Of a stretch of 64,000 nt of DNA, positions 18,403 to 26,214 are shown piece by piece; the first letter of the stretch is position 1, and every line of letters begins with the position of its first letter. Below the pieces are notes generated by a model, which made no database searches, was not told the DNA's origin, and saw nothing but the letters and a program-made list of their open reading frames with translations. The position numbers were made by a program, and so were the translations under genes. Source of the stretch: a virus; IMG/VR virus record IMGVR_UViG_3300027749_000065, positions 1-64,000 of that record. One strand, 5' to 3'.

Positions 18403-19110
18403 TTACATAAATCTTAAGATTTCGTCATTTTCTGTTAAATCAAAAACTTTTTTCCATCCTGATTTAGTAAAAACTTCTTTTTCATGTGGTAATTCTACAA
18501 TATCTCCATCTTCTGTGGTGATTCTCAATAAATCTTTATTTTCTACTATCCACATATCTGTAACCATATCAGTTTCTATTGAATTTAATTCTTCGTTATA
18601 TGATAAAATTGGTATTGATATATTTTCAAATAAATCTTCAACATTAATATCCCCATTAATAGTTTTTATTTTTGTTCCAGATGGAACACAATCTACAACC
18701 CCGACTGAATTTGTTAATAGTAAATCATACTTTCTAACAGATGATCTTGGGAACACTAATCCAACATAACCTATAGGTATTTCTAATGCAATTCCAAAAC
18801 CGTATGTTATATCTACATTAGTTTTGTTTATTATTTCAGTTATTGTTAAATCCATTCCCGCATCCCCATCTTTTGAATATGATGGTATAACTGCATTTTC
18901 TTTTAGTTTTTTAATTTTAATCTGTAATGATTTGAGATTAGATGTCATACTTTCTTGTACATCGGTATTTAATTTTGTTAATAGATCATTTAAATCTGTA
19001 ATAAAATTTAAATCAATCTCTTCCTCATCTTCAGATTTTATTTGATTCTCAAAACCTTTTAGTTGTTCAATGTAATCTTTAATCTCTTCTTTTTCCATGT
19101 TCTTTTTCAT
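18403..19110 (-). CDS. dut: dUTPase N-terminal half plus split intein N-fragment (95 aa)
   Basis: GDAGMDL, PRSS, NSVGVVD|CVPSGTKIKT...GWKKVFDLTENDEIL*. Confidence 0.92.
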   Translation of the reverse strand: MKKNMEKEEIKDYIEQLKGFENQIKSEDEEEIDLNFITDLNDLLTKLNTDVQESMTSNLKSLQIKIKKLKENAVIPSYSKDGDAGMDLTITEIINKTNVDITYGFGIALEIPIGYVGLVFPRSSVRKYDLLLTNSVGVVDCVPSGTKIKTINGDINVEDLFENISIPILSYNEELNSIETDMVTDMWIVENKDLLRITTEDGDIVELPHEKEVFTKSGWKKVFDLTENDEILRFM

Positions 19111-19654
19111 CTATTATTGCCAATTCGATTCCTTGTTTAACAATGTTAGTTAATGCCTCGGAATAATATTTAGCTTGTTTATCAGTTTCGTCTTTATCCA
19201 AATTTACAATTGCTTGGAACTCAACTGGTATCAATTTAACCCCATTATTAATTGCATAATAAGCGGATCTTTCACCTGTTCTTAATGAAACAATTTCTTC
19301 ATTAAATTCATACATTTTACCCAAGTTTTTTCTGTGCCATTCACTTGGGTTTGGTTTAAATAAAAAAACCTTACCTATTTGTGAAAGAAATACACACTTA
19401 ATAATGGATTCCTTATTTTGTCTAATTGTTTCAGGTAATAAATCATTAATTTGGATAGCGTATTTACATGCTTTAATCAAATGATTTAATAAACCACCCG
19501 GAAAACAACCATACATCTCCAATGTAGGAGATGCGGGTGAAAGATAAAATCCATCACCTAAAAAATCTAATAATTCAGGGGTAAAGATATTATACTTATT
19601 ATTTGTTTCAATAAACTTCTGTTTATTTGACTCTAATTGTTGTGTTGTTAACAT
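19079..19654 (-). CDS. HD-domain-like protein (degenerate)
   Basis: SPAS..GCFPGGLLNH; HD motif replaced in FLSQIGK. Confidence 0.6.
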   Translation of the reverse strand: MLTTQQLESNKQKFIETNNKYNIFTPELLDFLGDGFYLSPASPTLEMYGCFPGGLLNHLIKACKYAIQINDLLPETIRQNKESIIKCVFLSQIGKVFLFKPNPSEWHRKNLGKMYEFNEEIVSLRTGERSAYYAINNGVKLIPVEFQAIVNLDKDETDKQAKYYSEALTNIVKQGIELAIIDEKEHGKRRD

Positions 19655-19732
19655 AATTTTTTTATTTTATATCGCGTTCTTTTTTTTTTGAGAAATATAT
19701 TTCTCATAAAGTTCAGTTTCTGTTACCATAAA

Positions 19733-19966
19733 TTAGTCTTTATAAAATTCGGGGGTGTTATTTTTATCAATAACACATTCAATTGGTAATTTAACAATTG
19801 ATAAGGTTTCACTAGATCTGATATCGCCTTCTCTGTATTTTGCTGCGACTAACATTGCTTCCTCGGCAGAATCTGCTTCTAAAGCATACTTTAATTTTTG
19901 AAGACGGTTATTACCGTTTCTGTCTACTTGTTCGGTTTCATAACCGATGGTAACTAAATAATGCAT
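19733..19966 (-). CDS. DUF4494-like protein
   Basis: YLVTIGYE..NG..KLKYALEADSAEEA pattern. Confidence 0.45.
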   Translation of the reverse strand: MHYLVTIGYETEQVDRNGNNRLQKLKYALEADSAEEAMLVAAKYREGDIRSSETLSIVKLPIECVIDKNNTPEFYKD

Positions 19967-19986
19967 ATTTTATAATTTTAATAAAT

Positions 19987-20018
19987 CAAATATAAACAAT
20001 ATTTTTTGATTTACCAAA
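19987..20018 (-). promoter_or_regulatory. Bacteroidota-type sigma70 promoter
   Basis: Minus strand TTTG (20018-20015), 20 nt, TATATTTG (19994-19987). Confidence 0.75.
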
Positions 20019-21245
20019 TTACTTGGTGATATTTTTAAAAAATTCGACCCTATCTTTACACACATTTCTTAATGCGAATTTATCTTTAACAGTTTCATAA
20101 AGTCGATTACCAAGATCTTCAATCATGTTTGGGTTATCAACCAAACGTTTCATATGTTTAGCCCAATCTTTATGGTTTCTATTTGTTTCAACTAACAACG
20201 CATTACCTTTATTATTAAATTGTCCACTATCTACTGCAGATATTAAATCTAAATTATATGGTTTAACATTACTAGCAATCAACGCCTTTTTATGGAAACC
20301 TGCTTCAATGACCTTTAATTGTGATTTATTTGCATTAAAATAAGACTCAACTAATGGTGCTAAAGAAATGTCAAAATAATTATAATTTATTGCATATTTT
20401 GCAACATCTAATGTCCATCTTCTTCTATATGTTTCATTTTCATCTTTATACTCTGGAATCGGTGTAAATGATTTAAGATATGTTTCGTAAGATGAATTAG
20501 TTACTCGATAATTATCGGTAAATATTTGTTCATACTTATACCAAACAGTCTCTTCTGGTTTTATTGGTCTTTGGGTTACTTGTTTTGTTTCTTGGTTGAA
20601 TTCACTAACAGAACCTCTTGTATCGAATCCACATAAAACAAATTGTGTATTTTCAGGTTTTTCATACTGAACACTTGAAATTCCATTTCTAAGTAATTCT
20701 AAGTCATGTAAATGACTACTTCCTCCTAACCATCCAAATCTTATCTTATCAGATTTAGTTGGGTTTGGTTGAAATTGTGATTCTTCATCATTAACCGCAT
20801 TTGGAAATATTATGGTATTTTTTAAACCTAATTTTTCTTTAATTGTATTTGCAAATAGAGATGTTGTTGTGGTGATATAGTCAACCAATCTTAACATCTC
20901 TATTTTTTTCTCGGCAATTTTATGTTCTTTAATTTGGTGGTACATTGGGTGTCTCATATCAACAACCCAAAGGTCATCAATATCCATTACTGTTTTAATT
21001 CCCTTTTCTTTTAACCATTTAATACGGTTAATATTCGCCTCATGAGTAGTAGGTACAACAAAACTATGGAAAACAACTACATTATAATCTTTGAAGAAAT
21101 CATCATTATCTTCAGGATTAAAAGAAATGTCTACGTGTATTTCATCTGAGTAGTTATCACCAATATATCTAAATGGATCTAAAATTCTAAATTTACCCAC
21201 ACCAAATTTATCTGATGGAATTGCTAATATCTTAATTTTTGACAT
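20019..21245 (-). CDS. Glycosyltransferase, GT-B fold
   Basis: VMDIDDLW, FPNA, FGWLGGSSH..DL, DISLAPL..FN..KSQLKVIEAG. Confidence 0.85.
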   Translation of the reverse strand: MSKIKILAIPSDKFGVGKFRILDPFRYIGDNYSDEIHVDISFNPEDNDDFFKDYNVVVFHSFVVPTTHEANINRIKWLKEKGIKTVMDIDDLWVVDMRHPMYHQIKEHKIAEKKIEMLRLVDYITTTTSLFANTIKEKLGLKNTIIFPNAVNDEESQFQPNPTKSDKIRFGWLGGSSHLHDLELLRNGISSVQYEKPENTQFVLCGFDTRGSVSEFNQETKQVTQRPIKPEETVWYKYEQIFTDNYRVTNSSYETYLKSFTPIPEYKDENETYRRRWTLDVAKYAINYNYFDISLAPLVESYFNANKSQLKVIEAGFHKKALIASNVKPYNLDLISAVDSGQFNNKGNALLVETNRNHKDWAKHMKRLVDNPNMIEDLGNRLYETVKDKFALRNVCKDRVEFFKNITK

Positions 21246-21295
21246 AAAATTTGTTTATACGTCAATGATAATATATATAATCCAAAAAGAAAAGG

Positions 21296-21985
21296 TTATT
21301 TAGCCTTGTTAACTTTAGTAATTTTTCCTGAAAATACTGAATCACCAACTTTAACAACTAAATTTTCATTTATTGATGTTGTTTTTTGTGCAGTTAATAA
21401 TTGATTTAATTTCTCATCCATTATTTTACGAATGGTATTTTCAATAATAGGCGTTAACGCACTTACAATCTCATTAACATCTTGTTTCGTATGAATTACT
21501 TGTGTTTGTTGTGGTCTTTGTGGTGTTTTCGATTTATTTGGTCCAACACCTTCTTGTTCCATTAATTTTCTTGCTTTATTAACAAAATTAATATCAAGTG
21601 AATCTGCCAATGATATTTGTTGTGGTTGTTGTATAGGGTGTTCTATCATTAGTTTTTTTATGTTTTCAGGTAATTTAGTATTTTGTATTCTATTAACATC
21701 TAAAACATTTGAACTAACAGGTTTTGTTGGTGTTGATCTTGATTCTTCCATCATACCCATCATGTCGTACCCTCCAATTTGTTGTGGCATCATTCTTTGT
21801 TGTGGTATCATTGGTTGATGCATCATTTGATTTGCACCTAATTCTTCTGGTGAAGATTTTAAAATGTTTTCATTAACATTACCTGTTTCATAGTCACCAT
21901 TATCCACTTTATTCATTATTTTTTTCGCCTGTACTAATCTCATCATTAAATCATTTTCTGAGATTACTCCATTTCCTTGTTGCAT
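21296..21985 (-). CDS. Hypothetical protein (Q/P/M-rich)
   Basis: 229-aa ORF. Confidence 0.7.
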   Translation of the reverse strand: MQQGNGVISENDLMMRLVQAKKIMNKVDNGDYETGNVNENILKSSPEELGANQMMHQPMIPQQRMMPQQIGGYDMMGMMEESRSTPTKPVSSNVLDVNRIQNTKLPENIKKLMIEHPIQQPQQISLADSLDINFVNKARKLMEQEGVGPNKSKTPQRPQQTQVIHTKQDVNEIVSALTPIIENTIRKIMDEKLNQLLTAQKTTSINENLVVKVGDSVFSGKITKVNKAK

Positions 21986-22022
21986 ATTTAATATATTTTA
22001 TTAATTATAATTATAATTATTA

Positions 22023-22835
22023 TTATAATAACATTAAAGTTTTAATTCTTTTAATGTTTTCATTTAATTGAGATGTTTGTTTATTTTTTATCTCATCTTC
22101 TGTCTCTTTTTTTAATCTATTTCTAGTTCCTTCACCTGGATTTGTGTTTTTATTTAAAGATGATTGTGATTTTTTCCAATCACTTAATTTTTTGTTATAT
22201 AAATCATTAAATATTTTTTCTTCTTCTGGGTTTTCTTTAGGTTTTTCTTCTGGTTTTGGTTGAGGTAATTCATTAGATGGTTTTATTTCTTTATTTGGTT
22301 CAACAGGAGTTGGTTCAGGTTTTTCGTCTGACTTTGGTTGAGGTAATAGTGGTTCAATTTTTTTAATTGGTTCTTCTGTGGGTTTTGGCTCTTTTTTAAC
22401 TGGTGTCGTTGTTTCCCAATTTGATTTAACGTATGTAACTCTCATCCCACCATATCTTGGGGATTCGTCTCCTTCTTTATAGTTTGGTTTTTTTTGATTG
22501 AATTGTGTGTTTTTATTTACTTCAATCCTACTCATTCTACTAACCATAAATGTTCTCCAACCATGTTCATTAAAACCTTTTTTTGAAACAGATGGTGGTT
22601 GTACATATGCTCTAATAACTAAGTTACCTTTACTATTAATACCCATAGCAACTGCTTCTGCATTAATTCTTCTTCCTTGTTTTACACTTTTTTCTTTTGG
22701 TTTTCTTGGACCCGTATAAAAGAAGGTAATAGGATTCCTATTAACAATTGCATCAACAATTGGTTTATTTTGAGTTGTTTTAAGAATGTTTTGTTCTTCA
22801 AGTATTTTGAAGAATAATTTTTTAGTTATTTCCAT
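22023..22835 (-). CDS. WYL-domain protein with Pro/Glu/Lys linker
   Basis: IVDAI..ITFFY..R.AEAVAMG..LVIRAY..GWRTFMVSRM. Confidence 0.7.
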   Translation of the reverse strand: MEITKKLFFKILEEQNILKTTQNKPIVDAIVNRNPITFFYTGPRKPKEKSVKQGRRINAEAVAMGINSKGNLVIRAYVQPPSVSKKGFNEHGWRTFMVSRMSRIEVNKNTQFNQKKPNYKEGDESPRYGGMRVTYVKSNWETTTPVKKEPKPTEEPIKKIEPLLPQPKSDEKPEPTPVEPNKEIKPSNELPQPKPEEKPKENPEEEKIFNDLYNKKLSDWKKSQSSLNKNTNPGEGTRNRLKKETEDEIKNKQTSQLNENIKRIKTLMLL

Positions 22836-22836
22836 A

Positions 22837-23502
22837 TTAAAAATCTGGATATGTATGTTTAGTTCCGTATTTATTTATTGCCAATTCTGTATTTCTTGTT
22901 AATATATCAGTTATTGAACCTACACTACCATTATTATCTCCTTTACCAAATTCATCACCATCAGAAATAGCGTCTTTATTTTGTGCAGAATATTGATTAT
23001 TTAAACCATATCTATTAAATGAAATAGTTGCGTTTCTATTTAAAATATCAGTTTGAGAACCAATCGATCCATTTTTTTCACCTTTACCAAATTCATCACC
23101 ATCAGAAATGGCATCTTTATTTTGTGCAGAATATTGATTATTTAAACCATATCTATTAAATGAAATAGTTGAATTTCTATTTAAAATATCAGTTTGAGAT
23201 CCGATAGAACCGTTATTTTCACCTTTACCAAATTCATCACCATCGGAAATAGCGTCTCTATTTTGTACAGAATATTCATTATTTAAACCATATCTATTAA
23301 ATGAAATAGTCGCATTTCTATTTAAAATATCAGTTTGAGAACCAATACTACCATTATTATCTCCTTTACCAAATTCATCACCATCAGAAATGGCGTCTTT
23401 ATTTTGTGCGGAATATTCATTAGTTGCACTATATCTGTTAATTACTAATTCTTGTGGTCTTAATTGATTTGCAATAATTTCTAATTGTGTTAATTTTGCC
23501 AT
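22837..23502 (-). CDS. Protein made of four 47-aa tandem repeats
   Basis: Unit NRYGLNNxYSAQNKDAISDGDEFGKGxNNGSIGSQTDILNRNATISF. Confidence 0.8.
   Translation of the reverse strand: MAKLTQLEIIANQLRPQELVINRYSATNEYSAQNKDAISDGDEFGKGDNNGSIGSQTDILNRNATISFNRYGLNNEYSVQNRDAISDGDEFGKGENNGSIGSQTDILNRNSTISFNRYGLNNQYSAQNKDAISDGDEFGKGEKNGSIGSQTDILNRNATISFNRYGLNNQYSAQNKDAISDGDEFGKGDNNGSVGSITDILTRNTELAINKYGTKHTYPDF
22876..23439 (-). repeat. 4 x 141-bp coding tandem repeat
   Basis: CCTTTACCAAATTCATCACCATC recurs at 141-bp spacing. Confidence 0.9.
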
Positions 23503-23503
23503 A

Positions 23504-24001
23504 TTAATATGTTATTAATTTTTTTATTTTTTCTATTTCTTCAAAAAGTCCCAATGACGTTATTGGTGTAATAGAAGATTTATGTGAATTACTTTTAATT
23601 AAATTAGTTGGTACGGTAAATCCAAATTTTTTTGTGTGTTTTTTTAGATATGAATTTTTTCTTTCTCCAGTTATTGCAGCCATTTCATCCGCATCTTTTC
23701 TTCCTTCTTTTCTATTGCTAATTAAATCACGTTCACCTTGTAAATGTTTTTTTGACCAATTATCCATTAATTGACCACCGTAAAGATTATATCTAGATAT
23801 ATCTTTAATTTTATCAATTCCTTGTAAATCATGAATAATTCTTTTTAATTGTCCATAAGTTACTTTTTTATCATTTAATATATTTTGTGCACGTTGTACT
23901 CCATGAGTATTCTTATCTTGTAAACCAGTTATTGTGTGGTTAATTAGATTAAGAATATCCTGTGGGACATCAAAAACTCTATCTTTTAATTCTTTATTCA
24001 T
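23504..24001 (-). CDS. Hypothetical head-associated phage protein
   Basis: GVQRA..LKRI..YNLYGG; C-terminal LFEEIEKIKKLI. Confidence 0.6.
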   Translation of the reverse strand: MNKELKDRVFDVPQDILNLINHTITGLQDKNTHGVQRAQNILNDKKVTYGQLKRIIHDLQGIDKIKDISRYNLYGGQLMDNWSKKHLQGERDLISNRKEGRKDADEMAAITGERKNSYLKKHTKKFGFTVPTNLIKSNSHKSSITPITSLGLFEEIEKIKKLITY

Positions 24002-24747
24002 TATTTTAAATGTTTCAAAATATCCTTTAATGATAAATTGTGACTATCCAAACTATTTTTTAATGATTTTATTTGTTTTAACACAATTGGATTAATTTTT
24101 TTTTCTTCATCGATTTCATTGTTAAGAATGTCATTTGATATATTTTTTTTAGATAAAATACTTTCAAGATATTCTTCCATAAATTTTTTAGGGTTTTCAA
24201 CTAATCTAACCTTATCATCTGGTAATTTTTGATCATATCCCATTTGACCTAATCTTTCGATTGCTTCTTCGTGTGTTAACCCTAATTCTTTTGTAAAATG
24301 TCTATATGCTTCTTTAAATCCTTCATCATCACCTAAAGTATCTTCATATCCTAATGATTTACTCATATCTGCTTCTGACATTCCATAATATTTCATGGAT
24401 ACCGCACCGTATGCACTTGATGAACCCATTTGTCCGGTTGACATTTTAACAACTTCATCACTTGTTTTATTATCAGTAACACCTTTTGTATTAAAATTTG
24501 TTGGTTTTTTACCTCTTGCAATGTTTAATTCATCATCAACAATTTCATCCATTTCTTTTTTTGTTTTTTTAACTTTTTTTGGTAAATGTTTAAAATCTGT
24601 TTTATCTGAAAATTCATGAGCCATTTTGTCCCATTTTTTTCTTTCTTTCGGTGAAGATGATTTATCTCCCGCTTTTGCATAAAAAAATTTTTGCTGTGCT
24701 TTTGATTCGAATTTTTCTTCTATTATTTGTTTTATAAAATTATTCAT
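24001..24747 (-). CDS. Hypothetical phage protein
   Basis: FESKAQQKFFYA..W..EF..KTDF..LP motif; late motif upstream. Confidence 0.65.
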   Translation of the reverse strand: MNNFIKQIIEEKFESKAQQKFFYAKAGDKSSSPKERKKWDKMAHEFSDKTDFKHLPKKVKKTKKEMDEIVDDELNIARGKKPTNFNTKGVTDNKTSDEVVKMSTGQMGSSSAYGAVSMKYYGMSEADMSKSLGYEDTLGDDEGFKEAYRHFTKELGLTHEEAIERLGQMGYDQKLPDDKVRLVENPKKFMEEYLESILSKKNISNDILNNEIDEEKKINPIVLKQIKSLKNSLDSHNLSLKDILKHLK

Positions 24748-24763
24748 TAAATATTGCTTTTAT

Positions 24764-24794
24764 ATAAATATCAAAACTTATTAAAGATATTTAT
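24764..24794. promoter_or_regulatory. Back-to-back phage late promoter motifs
   Basis: ATAAATAT (24764-71) and ATATTTAT (24787-94) between divergent genes. Confidence 0.65.
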
Positions 24795-24800
24795 ATAATT

Positions 24801-26192
24801 ATGGCAAGTCAAAATATTTTTAATTATTATGGTATTAAATTAGATGGTAGAATAGATTTTTCTGAGGTGTATGACTATGAAATCACAAAAAATGATTTAG
24901 ATTATAATTCAGATGTTATCCAATTTAATTATGATATTACATATACGTCTCTTACAATAAATAGTAGTTTAAGTGGATTTACTTGTGTTAGGGATTCTAT
25001 TACCATTACTGATGGTACAAGTGATTATACGATTGATTATAACGATTTTGTTAATTTTTTTGGATATCCTTATGATTATACGATATTAAATAATGATGTT
25101 TATAGAAGTAAAGACGGGATAAGTCATTACACTATTTCGGGTTATAATAATCCTATTGATACACCATCTATTTGGTTAACGAATAATTTATCAGGTTCAA
25201 CAATAGAGTGTTTGAGAAAATTATCTAACCCATCTAATTGTTGTCCACCTTATCCACAATTAGAAAATAAACCTTGGTCATATAAATTTAATACTGGTGG
25301 TGGAAATGATTATTGTTCACCATATATTAAAAGAAGAACAGAGAAAGGTTGGACTTTAGATTTTGTTTTTAATAGAGAACATAGTGGTTGGACTGATGGT
25401 TCTGTATTTTATTATATCGGGGTAAGAGGTGAAGACGATATTAAAAATTATGCAGATAATAACTTATCTTTTCAATTTACACCTGATGGTAGAATAAAAT
25501 TCATTGCTGTTAGATATTCTGGTGTTTGTAACCCAATATCAGGTTATAGTGATGGTTATTATATTGAAAGTGGTCAAACACCAACTTTATGTACAACTGC
25601 AGATAATAAAGATTTTAATGTGACAATTGTGTTCGATAGAGATTATAAATTGACAGATTGTAATATTGAAAATGATGGAGGTTGGAACGATTTAATTCAA
25701 GAATATAATATCGCACCATTAGAAGTTACTGATTCCCAAATAACGTCAACTCAAATTGTTACATACAACACAAATGAAATTTTAAATAAAAAATGGGAAA
25801 GTGAAAGAAAACAAAGATTGGGGACATTGAAAATATACTTAAATGGTAACCCAATTTATAAAATAAAAGAATGGGAAGAGATTATACCATCAAATAGAGG
25901 AATACAACCATTTATCCAATCTTGGGGTGGTGGAACAGGTTTAATGGGAGATATTCATGAAGGAACTTGTTGTTTTAATATAAAAAAAATAAAATATTAT
26001 GAAGAACCTCTAGATTATTTCCATATTAGACACAATTTTTTAATGTCATTAAAATCAGGACTTTATGATTACTTTATATGTGGTGTTAATTGTGTAGATA
26101 ATATTTATACGTTTGAACAAGGTAATATAACAGATATAGATGGTAATGTATTAGTTGATCAAAATAATAATAATATATTATATAGAATATAA
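24801..26192 (+). CDS. Virion protein with LamG/concanavalin-like domain
   Basis: GWTLDFVF..VFYYIG..VTIVFDR..LKIYLNG..IKYYEEPL. Confidence 0.55.
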   Translation: MASQNIFNYYGIKLDGRIDFSEVYDYEITKNDLDYNSDVIQFNYDITYTSLTINSSLSGFTCVRDSITITDGTSDYTIDYNDFVNFFGYPYDYTILNNDVYRSKDGISHYTISGYNNPIDTPSIWLTNNLSGSTIECLRKLSNPSNCCPPYPQLENKPWSYKFNTGGGNDYCSPYIKRRTEKGWTLDFVFNREHSGWTDGSVFYYIGVRGEDDIKNYADNNLSFQFTPDGRIKFIAVRYSGVCNPISGYSDGYYIESGQTPTLCTTADNKDFNVTIVFDRDYKLTDCNIENDGGWNDLIQEYNIAPLEVTDSQITSTQIVTYNTNEILNKKWESERKQRLGTLKIYLNGNPIYKIKEWEEIIPSNRGIQPFIQSWGGGTGLMGDIHEGTCCFNIKKIKYYEEPLDYFHIRHNFLMSLKSGLYDYFICGVNCVDNIYTFEQGNITDIDGNVLVDQNNNNILYRI

Positions 26193-26214
26193 AAAAAAAC
26201 AAATATTTATAGAT

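Noticed and set aside
22876-23439. Possible CRISPR or DGR template/variable repeats
   Set aside because: In-frame coding repeats with no adenine-specific pattern evident, and no reverse transcriptase in the window
26155-26214. Longer N-termini given by the ORF track (also 7478, 16364, 17186, 29117)
   Set aside because: The extensions run through promoter or terminator sequence; downstream ATGs fit motif spacing and protein motifs better
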